This document shows positions 14,085 to 27,851 of a stretch of 64,000 bases of DNA, piece by piece. The number at the start of each line of letters is the position of its first letter. Within the stretch, counting starts at the first letter, position 1. A model generated the notes under the pieces. The model ran no database searches. It was given only the letters and a program-made list of their open reading frames with translations, and was not told the DNA's origin. Origin of the DNA: Sphyrna mokarran (Eukaryota); contig JAGIQG010000016.1 in assembly GCA_024679065.1 (NCBI GenBank), positions 14,136,001-14,200,000 of the forward strand, read 5' to 3'. The position numbers and the translations under genes are program-made.

Positions 14085-14850
14085 ACGCACTTAGTGTTCT
14101 GGACCGGCGATCAAACCCCAGTACAGCAGCTAGTGAAGTTTGAATTCAATAAAGAACATCAGGATTAACCATTTGCAGTGACATGAAGCTATTGCTGAGT
14201 CTTGGGAACCTTCACCTAATTCATTGATAGATTTGGTGGGAGTACAGAGACGTTTTACCAGGATGTTGCATGTTATGAAAGATATTAACTATGAAGAGAG
14301 ATTGAATAAACTGGGATTGTTCTCCCTAGAAAGACGTAGGCTGACGGGCGAGTTGATAGAAATTCATATAATTGTGGGAGGCATGGATGGTGAACAGTAG
14401 CAAGCTTTTTCCCAAGGCAGAAATGACAATTATAAGGCGATTCAAGCTCAGTGTAAGGGCGGAAAGGTTCAATATGGATACGCGGGAGACGTTTTTTTTT
14501 ACCAGACGGTGCTGGGGGCGTGAAATGCTCTGCCACCTGACGTGGTTGAGACCGACATGTTAACGACATGTAACACTTAACTGGATAGACAGGCAGGGTA
14601 CAGAGAGATGCAGGCTGTTGGTCTAGAAAGAACAACGTGATCTGTGTAGGCTTGATGAGCTGAAGGCTTGTTCTTGTGCTGTAATGTGCTTTTATTCTTT
14701 GTTCTAATGTCTCTTTTGGAAGGAAATCTGCTGTCGTTGCCTGGTTTGGTTCGCATGTGGCTCCAGATGCACACCAACGTGGTTGATTCTCAACTAGGGA
14801 TGAGCAATAAATGCTAGCCAGCCAGCAGCGCCCACATCCCACAAATAAAT
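14085..14850 (+). mobile_element. Deu/SacSINE-like SINE split by a CR1 3' fragment (~14230-14708)
   Basis: SINE halves (tttgaattcaataaa... / ggaaggaaatctgc...caataaatgctagccagccagcagcgcccacatccc) flank CR1 RT end and tail. Confidence 0.75.
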
Positions 14851-15584
14851 TTGTTTTTAAATTCAGCACCACGTGTAATCTTACATGATTGCACCGGATA
14901 ATTGTACTTATACGGGTTTGAGACCGCCATGAAGACAAAACTACCACCCTCAAAAATCGCGTTTTCAGAGATATATTTTGCCATTTCTGCCTGAAATTGG
15001 TAAATCTATTTCCTCGCATCAGCACATCAGGTTATACTTAATGAACATTTTCCTACATCAATAACTTTGAATGGAGTAAATTATTATTTCAATTCATCAA
15101 ATGTATTTTTAATAGTGATACTCGAATAGAAACGGAAAATTCTGGATGAACTCGACATATTGTTTAGCATCTGTGAAGAGAAACTGAGTTCAGCTTTCGA
15201 ATGCGTATGATGCCACAAGACTGAAGAGGGAGAGAAATGTGCTAGATTAGATAATTGGACAAGGGGTGGACAGAATGGAATGACGCTGATTATTTGAGCT
15301 CAGAAGAGATTGACAAAGATGTCATAGGTCTTTACGGTGCCATTGAAGACTGAAGAGTCTTAATAGTGGCAGAAATGGGAGAAAGTGTAAACAAAGGAAT
15401 GAAGGTCAGTTCTGGCATTGCTCTTCGTGCGATAAAACCTTCCAAATTTAAAACTGTATAATTCCATGTTAAGCACTTTCTTCTCACCCTAATGACACAA
15501 TTGAGGACATTAGATTATATAGATATTGCTTCTTGCTGCTTGGAATTGTCTTTTAATATAAATCAAAGATGGTATCTTAGGTAG

Positions 15585-15885
15585 TTGACTATGGTAAATT
15601 GTCCCTTAGTGTCTAAAGATGTGTAGATTAGGGGGATTGTCCATGATAAATTGTCCCTTAGTGTTCTGAGAAATGCAGATTAGGTGAACTGGCCGTGCGA
15701 AATTGCTCAGTAGTGCCCAGACATGTATTTTGGGTGGATTAGCCATAGGAAATACGTAAGATTATGGGATAGGTCGGGGGAGAAGGTAAGACATTATGTC
15801 AGAGACTCGGTGCAAACACGACGGGCCGAAAGATCTGTCCAGCATTGTAAGGTGTGAATACTGTATGATTCTATGATTCTATGAC
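15585..15885 (+). mobile_element. HE1-like SINE 3' part with internal tandem repeat
   Basis: Three copies of aaattgtcccttagtgt...gcagattagg unit; (attctatg)n tail. Confidence 0.75.
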
Positions 15886-16519
15886 CGGCGAAACTGATGT
15901 GTTAACAGTTGTCCGAGTATCAGGGATCTGAACCACATCTACTCGCCTTTAAAGAAAACAACTACGTCGGTACCTCAGTAATGAAAACGTTAACAATCTT
16001 CGCGACTGTTCGATTAGTCACTTGCTTATTTCGTCTTTGTGAGCAAAATCAAAATATTTTGTTGATTACGAAATGCAAGATCAGACAGGATGTGCTAGAA
16101 ATAATGAGTAGGTCAGACTACAGCTGGAGGAAAGAAACAACGTCAATATATCAAAATCGATATTTCAAATCGATTACATTTCATGATGATTCATGCAATA
16201 ACTTGAACTTTGCTAAAACTTTTTTTTCTCTATGCAAGCTGCGCCTCCTTCTGATTTTAGTTAACTTCCTCCTAATCCATTTCGAATGCCGAGCATATGC
16301 ATTGTTTTGTATTCATTTCTTCTGGTATTCTTTCTGCTTCATTCATTTGAAGATTTGAGACATGCGTCTTGTTCTTAAAATTATGACTCTTTGGATTATA
16401 TTAATAACAGTCGAATTGCATGGTTACGGCCAACTTTTATTGCTGATACGATGCTTGTAGATTTGGGCGTGTCAATTTTATATCAGGGTATGATTATTAT
16501 TTACAAATTAAATATTGGT

Positions 16520-17195
16520 ATTTATTGTTAAAGAAATAGAGTACACAAATAATATAAATGTTTAAGTGTTGCTGTGTCTGTGCAAAATATCACTGAAGCA
16601 GTGCTTAGAATATTGTCTATAGTCTTTGTCCTCGTATTTCAAGAGGTGTGTAGTTGAATTGGAGATGGTCAGAAGAAATTATCTGGATTGATTCCAGAGA
16701 CGAGGGATGAGTTTTACAAAGAGCGATTGGGCAACGTATTTCATCACTGTATGAAGTTTAGAAGACAAAGACGAGTTGTAATTCAGGTATATAAGATGAT
16801 AAAGTGGATGGAGGAAGCAGTCATGGAGAGGAAATTCCTCTTGTGGGGAAACCTAGAATTCGAGGTCATAGCTTTGGGATAAGGGGTGACAATTTAAAAC
16901 GGAAATCAGGAGAAATTATTTCTCAGAAAGGATCGTGGGTCTGTGGAATTCAATACCTCGGAGCGTGGTGGATGCTGGGGCATTGAGTTAATTAATGGAA
17001 GAGGTAGATTAATTTTTAATAAGATTCGAAGGGCTGTGGTATACTGGCAGGAAAGTGAAGTAGAGATCATATCAGTTACTATGGTATTAAATCGCGGAGT
17101 AACATCGGAGCGCTAAATTTCCTAATCCTAACGAGCGGCGCGGGCTCGTTGGGCCGAAGGGTCTGTTTCCCATGCTGTTTTGTTCTTTGTTTTTT
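16520..17195 (+). mobile_element. Decayed CR1 3' fragment plus short CR1-type tail (17135-17195)
   Basis: FRRQRRVVIQVYKMIK, RGHSFGIRG; ggcgcgggctcgttgggccgaagggtctg tail. Confidence 0.8.
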
Positions 17196-17681
17196 GTTTC
17201 TACTCCTTACGAGTTCTTGTGGGATTCTTGCAATACAGTAATGTGGGCCAAAATCAGCGTGGTGAATAAGCATGCTGTTTCTCAATGCGTTGAGCATATA
17301 TTAGAAGGGATTGTTCCAAGGGTCGCTATTTTGTTGCTGAAAAATGCACACCATAAACCACATGACCAGTTATGCACAATGCTTGCTGAAGTTCGCTGAA
17401 CACGTGTTTTTTTTTCCTGACTGATCCCATTGGATTTTTTTTTCGCATGCGACTTCTAAATCTAGTTGTGGCAGACCATTCCAGGGATGAATTTTTCTCT
17501 CTGAACGGATGGACCGAAAATTTAGGAGAACTGCAATTGCAATAACTAGAAAAGGCTCGCTTTTCGGCTTCTGGCTAAGATCAAGTATAGCGTCGGTTCT
17601 AATTAGAGGTGCAGCGCAACTTAATGATGGTGAGTGACTACTCAGATTCATATATTAACAGCCACAATCTGCTTCTTTCAG

Positions 17682-17717
17682 AGGTACTTAAACTGAAAAC
17701 GAATTTGAGTATGGCAG
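17682..17717 (+). CDS. Microexon 5 (36 nt), EVLKLKTNLSMA
   Basis: ctgcttctttcag|AGGTAC...ATGGCAG|gtaaga. Confidence 0.9.
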
Positions 17718-18804
17718 GTAAGAAGAACGGATTCTGCTACCCGCCTCTCCTGGAAACGACAATTTCTGCTGATGCTTGTTGTCTGCGTTATAAAACTCTT
17801 CATGATCAGTGGAATGTGCTCAGAAAGGTCTGATACCGTTTTGCCATATAAAAGAAGCCACTTGAATGCAGTCAGCTTTCCCCACACAAAGGGTCACTTG
17901 ATAAATTCATGACAGTAGATTAGTGAAATGGGCTGCATAGTTCTCAAATCCCCCTCGCCAACTACGTGTTGCCTGCGCAACTTTTTCCACATTCCTTTTC
18001 TGGATTAGCCGTAATTTTCTCCAACACATTGCCGACCAAACGGCACATTTAAGAGCAATAAACAAGTTGTGTATTCATGGCTAGGACTGAAAATTACAGG
18101 GCATTTGTCCGCTACCAAAAATGCATTCGTTCAATGTTCGTGTATGACACTAACTAAACAGTGATTGCGAACAAAACACATCAATGCCTCACGAATCAGG
18201 CCATTAGCATGTATTGATTTTTTTATCATATTGCCAGCTACTTTGCGCATGGATGGATGCATTATGTAGTCTTCGTGGCAAGGGCAGAATTAATGTTTCC
18301 AGAAACGGGATAAACAAATAATCCTTCATAACAGGTTGCACCATTCAATGAGGCTCAGGCAGATTTTTGGCCTAAAGTGATGTCCTCAGAAGCGCAGTAT
18401 ATCCCTGCATCGCGTTTTAATTCGTGCAGTAGAAACAGAACAGCAGACTAATATCAGTGACGCTTTCGCGCAAATTGATTAACAATGCTGTTAATATTGT
18501 ATACTGAGTGATATGTTTATATATATGTTAATGTTCGGTATAATTGTAATGTTATGTTATCACTAATCTTACTAGCAAAAAAGTGCAGTTGCCTAATCGT
18601 AGTACCACATTAACGGGCAACGATTTGCACTTCAAAATATGTTTTCATTATTACCAATGTTAGTTTCTTTATTGTATTAAAGATCTTAGTACGAATATAT
18701 AATAGTGTTGGCCATGATATTGCTTAAAGGTTATTGTGTATTATTGTATCAGAGGCAGCGCAAAAACGCGTCATTATATTGTTGAAAACGGTTACTATTT
18801 TTAG

Positions 18805-18831
18805 ACGAACAGCTGCAAATCAAAACAAAAG
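18805..18831 (+). CDS. Microexon 6 (27 nt), DEQLQIKTK
   Basis: gttactatttttag|ACGAAC...ACAAAAG|gtaagg. Confidence 0.9.
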
Positions 18832-19259
18832 GTAAGGCTGCGGTCAAGATCATTTTAAGGAATTCATTAATAATGTGATTTACATTCGGTATCCACTATC
18901 CTACAGCTGATATCTCCTCCATTGCCTTGTATCTTCCAATAACTTACTTTTCGAATTGTTGTCATTAATGGGCAGTGGCATTTTTATGGATAACTCCCCT
19001 CCTGCATGATTTCGATGTCATTTTATCTCAACATCGAGATGGAAGGAATGTGAAAAGGCCATTCATGTGATTGCGAAAAAGATTGAAAGGAAGAATGAGG
19101 CAGGATGAAACTCGGCTCTGCCGCAGTGACTCCAAATCTATGTTCCCTTGATTTCGATCCATCCACCAGATGTAGCAACTGATAACGAGGCACCCACGAG
19201 GCATTGTCGGTAATCAGCAGTGGCAAAGTCCATAAACCCATGCCTCGGCATATCACACA

Positions 19260-20045
19260 TTGTATCATTAACCCAAAGCCAAGTGGTTGAACATGGCTGA
19301 ATGAAAATTGTCCGTGCGAATATCAGGACCACCATCAGATATACCAGAAGTTAAGTGCCAACCTGTGAAGGTACAACATAAAGCTTTGTATATGCCCAAT
19401 ACCAGAAGCAGTACTAGAGAGGCAGATTTGATTACCAACCGATCTGATTTAAGTTCTTCAGTCTTGTAACATCCAGCTCAAAATGGCATTGGACATTGAA
19501 GCATTAGAATGCTGGAGTTTGATCCACAAGTCTCCACACCTCCAATAATGGTGGAGATTCAATTATATTTAGTTACAAAAAAAAATAAGGCTGAGGCAAA
19601 TGCTAAAATTTTCAGCCGGAAGTACACAGTAGATGACCAATTTCTGCCTCCTCCAGCAATAGCAATCTTCAGCCAGTTTGGTTCATCCACTCGATATCAA
19701 GAAATGGCTTGGCACATTGACTGCCACAAATACAATAAGCCATGACAGCATTCTAGCAACAATGCTAAAGATTTGAAATTCAGAACTGGCCACTTCCCTT
19801 GCCAAGCTGGCCTAATAAATGCATGATACGACATCTACTTGGCAATGTGGAAAAATGTGTTCCATGCACAAAAATTGGGAGAAGTACCAGCAGTTCCATT
19901 TGATACCCCATCAGTCTACTTGTGGCCACCAGCATTGTGATGGAAGATCTCAGCAACAGTGTCATCACATGACAATTGCTAAACAATAACCTGTTAACTG
20001 AAGTTAGGTTAAGGTTATATAGAAATCACTCATTTCTTGAATTCA
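19260..20045 (+). mobile_element. Decayed L2/CR1-group LINE ORF2 fragment
   Basis: Similar to reverse complement of 45000-46030. Confidence 0.6.
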
Positions 20046-20183
20046 TTAAAAGCCTTCCGACAGCCATTAAGTCATGAGTGTTTGTTAAAGTTGTTTCCAA
20101 TTTCAATTTGTTGAGCAACAATGCATTTTCCCCTTTATATACTAATATGAGTCTTTGTCTCCAGTTGCAATTTGCATGACAAC

Positions 20184-20506
20184 TCTGTTCCTTTTGGGAT
20201 TTGTGTGTCGACCCTAGGAGGCAAAATGCCTCAAAGTGGACATCCTGAAATTCTGGATGGTAAAACACTGGATGGGAACACTTTGGAAGCCGTAACCATG
20301 AAATGTATAACCCTGGAAGGCATAACCCCGGAAGATCTAAGATCAGATGGCATAACCCAGGAAAGCATAACCTTTGATGGCATAACCCCCAAGGGTGTCA
20401 CTCCAGAAGGCTTAGTCCCAGTAGGTGAAACACCAGAAGACAAATCCCAAGAAGGCAAATGCTGGAAAGCAAAATCCTAGATAGTGAAATCCCAAAAGGT
20501 GACAGA
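20184..20506. repeat. Degenerate 15-bp tandem array flanked by ~20-bp inverted repeats
   Basis: Unit approx. ga(a/t)ggcataacccc(g/a); IR tctgttccttttgggattt (20184-20202) / aaatcccaaaaggtgacaga (20487-20506). Confidence 0.75.
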
Positions 20507-21912
20507 TAACTCATAATGGGCTCAATTTTCTCTGTTTTTTTTTGATGCCGTAGTGAGGAACGTAGATTTATGTTGGCATTCTCTGGTGTTTATGTCAGCT
20601 TGTTGTTTCAATAATTTATCGTCATAAATTTATAATGCAGTTGAATTGCAGTGCATTTCGATAAATTGTGCAAATAAAAATAAAGTTGGAACTTGTATGA
20701 GAGAGAAAACAACAAGATAATAATTTTGAATCATTATAAGTGCGTGACATAAGTATTTGGCGTCCTGGATCCTTGCTTTCATTGCACACGCACAGTGTTG
20801 TCGAGTGAGATTTCCATAATTTCGATCTGAAAACTCTGAAAGAATGGTGATATCTTCAAGTCGAAACACTATATGATTTGCAAGACATATTGCAGTACTG
20901 GGGTTACCATGCGCCGGTTAACATTGCGCCCCATTACGGTATTGTTGCCCCGATTGCATGGAACAATCGACAAATACTTGGCGAGTTGGTGTAGATCGTA
21001 GACAATCGAGTAACGACGAGTATATTAAATGGGAGAATGCAGACCAACTTAAACAATATGCTTTAGGCATTGGATCCTGTCTAACTCCTTTAATGTTATT
21101 GGAGCATTTGTATTCAAGCCAGAGAGGCACTTCGGTCAGAAGTGCATCCTATGCTTCGTTGTTATTGGACAGAAATTAAATTATTGCTAGCTGAATTATT
21201 TAGCACGGATTGTGAACGAGTGTTATGGCCCCTGTTCTTTATGAGGTTGTTTCTTTCATTCCAGCTGTTTTTTTTTTGGATGTGCCCGTCTCTAGCCAAG
21301 CATTCAATGATAATCTGAAATGCCATTTTACATTAGTTCAAAGTTCAAGACATAGCTAACTCTCTGATCACGCTTGAATTGCAAGATTTCGAAATCTTTG
21401 TGATATACAACTTCAGAGAATGTACATCTCCGATTTTCAATTTGACATTGCAGCGATAGCTATCTGACTCATGAGTCTTACAATTTCTTACTCATCAATG
21501 TTCGGCAATCTATCGCTCTTGATGCCTTGGAATACTCCATAAAATTTGTGGTTGTTTCTTTTATCATCCTATCCCTACGTCAGCGATGTGGCTCATTTAT
21601 TACATTTTGCTGGAAACATTCGTATGAAGCCATTTGTAAACTTTCAGTATAATATGTAAACTATTTGAATGTAATTTCCTTATTTTGGATTATAAGCAGC
21701 GTGTGGCCCACGTAGTGTTATATACCAGACCTACTATACATTTTATCCACATTGAAGTTTTCGGTCGTAGATTCATCGTGCCAGCAATACTATATATATG
21801 TGATAACAACCACGAAAACATCTCGCATCTCCCCAAACGTGTAGCTAACCAAGGAATTACCGAAAATGATTTCACTGACACTTTATTTCTTTGTTTCCTT
21901 TTATTTGGTTAG

Positions 21913-21948
21913 GAATGGAAGATTTGAAAAGGTCTCTGGAAGAAGCAG
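21913..21948 (+). CDS. Microexon 7 (36 nt), GMEDLKRSLEEA
   Basis: ttccttttatttggttag|GAATGG...GAAGCAG|gtaact. Confidence 0.88.
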
Positions 21949-22389
21949 GTAACTGGAAACGTTTGTTTCAATGTTGCATTGTAAGCCTCACTAGTGGCGT
22001 TCGAAGTATGTTCCATTGGTCCAATTACTTCTCAGGAATTGTGTCAAATTTAAACTTTGTTATTAAACCATATCGACAACAAAATAAGGAGTACATTCGA
22101 ATAACATTTCCACTTGATTTGGGCTGTCAGTACTTCAGCTAATTCAGCGTAATTCAAAGTATTCATAACCCCATTTTTTCTCTCTAACCACCGATCTGAA
22201 ACATTATTGAATGTCACCATGAATTCAATTTCAACCACTATCTGATTCTTGATCCTCGTGTGTACATTTGAACAACGATGTTTCTTTTTAAGAGCAGAAA
22301 ATATTAAACGGAAATATCAAACGTGTTCAATACTATGAATTGTTGTTGAGATTATTTTTTGAGATTCTAAGGCATTATGAAATAAGTAA

Positions 22390-22747
22390 TAATAGAACCC
22401 TACAGTGCAGAAAGAGACTCTTCGGCCCATCGAGCCTGCACCGACCACAATCCCACCCAGGCCCTAACCCCACATCCCTATACATTTTGCCCGCTAATCC
22501 CTCTAACCTAAGCATCTCACTAAGGGGCAATTTTAGCATGGCCAATCAGCAGAAGGGGCAATTTTAGTATGGCTAATCAGCCTAACCTGACATCTTTGGA
22601 CTGTGGGAGGAAACCGGAGCATCGAGGGAACCTACGCTGACACGAGGAGAATGTGCAAACTCCCCACAGGCAGTGCCCGAGCCAGGAATTGAATTCAGGT
22701 TCCTGGAGCTGTGAAGCAGCAGTGCTAACTACTGTGCTACCGTGCCG
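22390..22747 (-). mobile_element. Near full-length HE1-like SINE
   Basis: Reverse strand begins cggcacggtagcacagtagttagcactgctgcttcacagctccagg; B box; CR1-type tail. Confidence 0.9.
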
Positions 22748-22759
22748 TACAAGAATGAT

Positions 22760-23085
22760 AATGCACTGGTGTCAGGGACTCAAATCCCGCCATGCCACCC
22801 GGACGAATTGAAACTCAATTCATAAAGGTTAGATTTCAAAGTTAGTCTTAGTAATGTTGACCCTGAAACTCTTATCGATGGTCGTGAAATAAAATCTTTT
22901 TGTTCACAATATCTTTACGGAAGGAAATTTCTCGTCCATATCTGGTATAGCTTACATGCAAATGTAGAAAAAGAATAACGTGGTTGACTCGCCACTGCTT
23001 CAGATATGACTCAATATGTCATTCAAGAGCCACCTGGGATGGACAACAAATACTTCCCTTTCGACTGATGCCCACATCCCATTAC
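22760..23085 (+). mobile_element. Deu/SacSINE-like SINE
   Basis: ctcaaatcccgccatg...ggaaggaaattt...gatgcccacatccc. Confidence 0.65.
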
Positions 23086-23559
23086 TTTTTTGAACATTCC
23101 CTTCACATTGGGATGAAACATTTGCAAAAAAAGCCGGTAATACAGTCAACATATTTCGGAATGAAGCAAAGACCTTTTTTTAAGAAACCGTGATATGTTC
23201 TATCTTATTCTTTCAACTTATATGATTAGCATGCCTCATTATGCTTTATGTTCCTTAGCAGCAAACGCTTAGCAGAGTCCGGTTCTTGTAAAGGTGTTGA
23301 AAGCATTTTCAGATTGGTTTTCAGCATTACTTTGAGTACGTGCTCAGAAAATAAACAAACAGAGGGGTATGCCGAAATGGTTCAAGGAATATGCAGTCTG
23401 GTTCGAACCACCGCTAGAGTATCATTTATTTCGACGAAAAAATATCATATTCTACCTAGGTTATATATGTTTGAAGGGCACAGAGAGTCTGAACAGACAT
23501 ATAACTAAGCAGGCACCAGGATGACAGATGGAATACAATACAGAGAAATACACATGGAA

Positions 23560-24285
23560 AACAGATTTTATCAAAGGTGCGAAACTTGTAATTTCTGATG
23601 TTCAAAAAGACTTCAGAGTACAACGAATGCTGAACATAAGTGCATCTATCAATCCAGAACTCATAGAATGTGCTGGCTTCCACTTGGGGTAAAACAAAAA
23701 AGAAGGCTTGCAGCAATTGTTCAGGGGAGACTACCGGTGCAGCTCTGATTTCCACATATAAGAATGGATATATTTGTACTACTGAGTGCAAGTGGAAGTT
23801 CACTAAATTGTACGCCAAGGACGGAAGTGCTGTCCTATGCTAAGAGGTTGAGTAAATTCATCATATACTCTCTGCAGTTTGGAAGAATGTAAGGCGATCC
23901 TATTGTAAACTGTAAGATTGTCAAAGAAGTTGATACGGAGGAGGGTGAGAGATTGTTTCCGCGAGCAGATCAAGTTAAATGATAGGGAGCAATCTCAGGA
24001 AAACGGGACAGCCTTATTATTCCGTGATGAGACGAAAATTATTTCATTCAAATCGCAGTGAACTTCAGGAATTTGTTAACCAAAGCGTTGTGGATGCTCC
24101 ATGGTTGGCGTATTTTAACGCTGGGATAGAAGCTTTCTTTTTAGTATTCTTGGAGTTGAGGAATATGGGCAGCATGTTGTAAACGGTGGTTGGTGCCCAA
24201 CGTTAGCTACAAGCATGTTGAATAACTGAGCAGTATCGACGGGGGCATATAGACCAGCAATGCTCCGACTTCTTGTGCTCTTATG
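23560..24285 (+). mobile_element. Decayed CR1 3' fragment
   Basis: ctatgctaagaggttgagt...tactctctgcagtttggaagaatg; degenerate tail. Confidence 0.7.
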
Positions 24286-24344
24286 TGTTTTTAATTGTTC
24301 CATTGAACGAATGAATTAATTCTTAATATTCTTGTTTCTTTTAG

Positions 24345-24371
24345 AAACTAAGTTGCGTAATAAAATTAAAG
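24345..24371 (+). CDS. Microexon 8 (27 nt), ETKLRNKIK
   Basis: cttgtttcttttag|AAACTA...ATTAAAG|gtacta. Confidence 0.87.
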
Positions 24372-25519
24372 GTACTAGACTTGATATATATTGATACCAT
24401 AAAATGTGCCACTATTTAATGTGTGTGAATAGCAATTCCATCCCAGTTATGAAATTACTTTGTGTCATAGAAATGTATCGTGCAACGTGCCGAAGATTTG
24501 CCTCTATGTTGCAGATCACCTGGGTGGAGAATGGTTCTCCGCCGCCCCTATCACCTCTTACTTCATGCCATATGTCAATGCCTCCTGTCTTTCATGCAAT
24601 TTAATTAAGTCACCTGGTAGCCTTCTCTACACCAAAGGAAACACAAGCCTTTCAGTGTTCCGGCTCATTGAGGATTTTATTTTCATTACAGTGAACAAGC
24701 CTGTAAACGTCATCTGCACCATTTTTTTTTTGTTTTGTTTTTTCGTACATAGTGACCGGGACTGCACAGAGTGTTACAGCTCCGGGCAAACATCTGATTG
24801 ATTCATCTCAGCATAACTTCGCAGCCATTCTCTTCAATGTTTTCTTTAGTTTAATTATATTGGCTGGATATCTTCTCAAGTAATTTGTCTCCCTGTCACG
24901 AGCCACAAGAATCTGGGCAACAACACTTCATGGTTCCGATTTTCCTCTCCATTACGGTAACTGAAGTTTTATGGGGTACTATATGATATATACACCATGA
25001 TATACTATCTTTCTTTCTTGTATTCCTTTCTCAACCTCACCTGAAAACATTGCATACAGAAACTATCACTTGCCGTCACCTTTACTGTTTGAACCACAAC
25101 TCATGAGTAGCAATGAAGTAACGCACTTCCCTGTTAATCTGTCATTTCAGCCTTGAAGGCCTTTCAATTAAGTACATATTATTGAATTCTTAGTTTATTT
25201 CCCCTTCTCTGTTCCCTTTGTCTTACAAAAAAGGTGTTCCCTTCCAATTGGAAGCCCGCAATCGGAGGTTTACAGGTAAGTGGTCACATGGCAATTCCCT
25301 GGAATGTGAACTCCCATCTGGAAAAAAAAATGTCATTTAAATTGTTAATATCGGACGGTTCCGCCAGGGTTGCACCAATAGTTTGTCCCACAAAAAGTGA
25401 CAAGGATCAAAAACTCTACTCATTCTGGCAAAGAATTACAAAAATTCAGCCTCACCCTTGTACGGGACTTCAACCACATCTCCGACGATCCAACTATTCT
25501 CTCCACTTTCCAGACCCTT

Positions 25520-26805
25520 AAGGTATCGCCCTTCGCATGCTTGACTCTTTCACAACGTGTCCCATCAAATGTAATTGTAGAAAGCAAAGACTCGTCGAGT
25601 ATCTGGATACATAGCGACATGGATAGAAGGTTGGCTAGCTGACACTGAATGGCATAAATGGGTCATTTTATGGCTGGCAGAAAGTATAATGACTGGTGTG
25701 CCAAATGGATCAATGCTGGGGTCCCAATTATTCAACATATGGATGAAGGGACTGAGTGTTGCGGGTTGACTTAGAAGTAAAAGCTGGACAGTTTAGGCTT
25801 GTATTTGTTGGAGCTCAGAATAGCAAGACACAACGTGATCGAAACAGATGAGGCCTTGCGGGGCAAAGCAGAGTGATGTGGTGAGGATGTTTCTCCTTGT
25901 TGGAGAATCTAGAAAGAAGGATTACAGATTTAGAATAAGGAGTTTCCCACTTCAGGCAGAGATTTGGAAGATGACACAAAGCTTGGAGGTGTTGTGGATT
26001 GTGTGAGGGATGTCAGAAGGTGCAGTGAGACATAGATAGGATGCAAGACTGGGCGGGGAAGTGGCAGATGGTCTTCAACTCGGATAAGTGTGTGGTAGCT
26101 CATTTTGGCAGATAAATGGGATGAAGGAATATAGTATTAAGGGTAAGAGTCTTAGTAGTGGAAGATCAGAAGGATCTTGGGGTCCGGGTTCATAGGATTT
26201 CAAATTGGCTTCGCAGGTAGAGGATGTGGTTAAGAAGGCGTATAGAGTACTGGCCTTCATCAATCGAAGATTTGAGCTTTGGAGTCGGGAGATAATGCTG
26301 CATCTGTTTAAGACCCTGGTCAGACCCCATTTGGTTCTGTTTGTCTCATTACAGGAAGAATGTAGAAGCCATTGAAAGGGTGCAGACGAGATTTACAAGG
26401 ATGTTGCCTTATGATGATAGGTTGAGAGAACTCGGTCTTTTCTCCTTGGAGAGAAGAAGGATGAGAGGTGACCTGATAAAAGTATATAAGATGTTGAGAG
26501 GTATTAATTGGGTAGATTCTCAAATGGCTGCCACAACAGGACACAGGTTTAGCGTGCTGGGGAATAGGTATCGAGGGCATATAGCGGATAAATTTTTCAT
26601 TCAGAGAGTGGTGGGTGCGTGGAATCGGCTGCCGACGTTAGTGGTGGAGATGGATTCTATAAGGTCTTTTAAGAGACTTCTGGATGAATACATGGGACTT
26701 AGTAAAATTGAGGTTTAAGGTTAAGCCTCGTAGGTAGAGATGTTCGGCGCAACTTGTGGGCTGAACAGCCTGTTTGTGCTATAGTTTTTCTATATTCTAT
26801 GTTCT
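25520..26805 (+). mobile_element. Two adjacent or nested CR1 fragments (older ~25520-25965, younger ~25965-26805)
   Basis: ORF 26341-26718 HYRKNVEAIERVQTRFTRMLP...LFSLERRRMRGDLIKVYK; (ttctat)n tail. Confidence 0.9.
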
Positions 26806-27819
26806 ATTATTTCAGAAAGACAGCGTCCTTGAAGCATTTTAAGACAGAAATAGATAATGATCATCAGGGGTGAGATGTTCTTTTGTAATAAGCTGGAATG
26901 TGAAGCAAAGGTTAAAATTAGATCATATGCAATGGTGAATTAGATTTGATGTCCGCGACTGGACCAGCACTCGTTAGCTTTAACAGCACATTTAATATGA
27001 ATGGCATTTAAATAATGTTTATATATTGTGTTCAATTCGCCAATGAATTTTACTACTCTGTACAACATGTATGCAATAAAAGATTTCATTTTAGAAACCT
27101 TATTTTCTGCAGGTTTTTACGTATTGTTTAGAAAATCTTGATCAGATTTTTCAACAAATAAATTCAATTAAGATCGGATAACTCTTCAACTAGTTAAAAC
27201 AATGACATTAAAGGTGAAGTCATCAATCTCCATTGAAATAATTTGAAATAATTTACCAGCGTCCCCCAATCATGCAGCCTGCAAAATTTATTTTGATTAA
27301 AATTACATTTTACCTTTTAAAATAAAATTTACCTTTTCAAAAAATCTGACATTCTCCTGATATGTAATGTCTTATTTAACTGAAAGAATATGATAGACAG
27401 ATACTATGCAGTGTCTGAGAGCCAGAACCACAGCAGCTGACCGTTTTCACCTCAACCCCACTGTGTTTTGGAATATCTCTGCAGATGATGGTGAGGAGAA
27501 GTGCTCCTTTAATTCAAATTTTTACTGTGGCGATCACGTTAGGAAGGTCTCCGTTTGATTAGAGGTTAGAAAGGCCATCGCCCACCGTCAATGTAAATTG
27601 CAGCCTCAAATATATACAACTCACTATTCGTTATGTGTACATCATTCAGCATTCTCCACGCACCCGTTTTCTCGAAACCAAAAAACAATTGTGCCGCAGT
27701 ACCGTGGATAATCTTCTAAAATGAGATAGCTGGTGCATTTTTTTTTTGAAACACTTGTGGACATGCTTCTCGCAACAACTCCATTGATTGGCTTATATAC
27801 TTTCAAACTGAGTTATTAG

Positions 27820-27851
27820 CTGGATGCCGCTAACTAATCTGCGGCATCCAG
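27820..27851 (+). promoter_or_regulatory. Perfect 11-bp hairpin with branch-point-like loop upstream of microexon 9
   Basis: ctggatgccgc-taactaatct-gcggcatccag. Confidence 0.5.

Noticed and set aside
14969-14999. ttttcag|...AAATTG|gtaaat candidate exon
   Set aside because: 31 nt with an in-frame TGA and a non-consensus peptide; at most a decayed relic.
14285-15025. Longest ORF in the track (246 aa, - strand)
   Set aside because: It reads antisense through CR1 and SINE debris and has no recognisable domain.
20600-21880. Possible DNA-transposase remnant next to the 15-bp array
   Set aside because: I could not identify a convincing catalytic or family motif in any frame.
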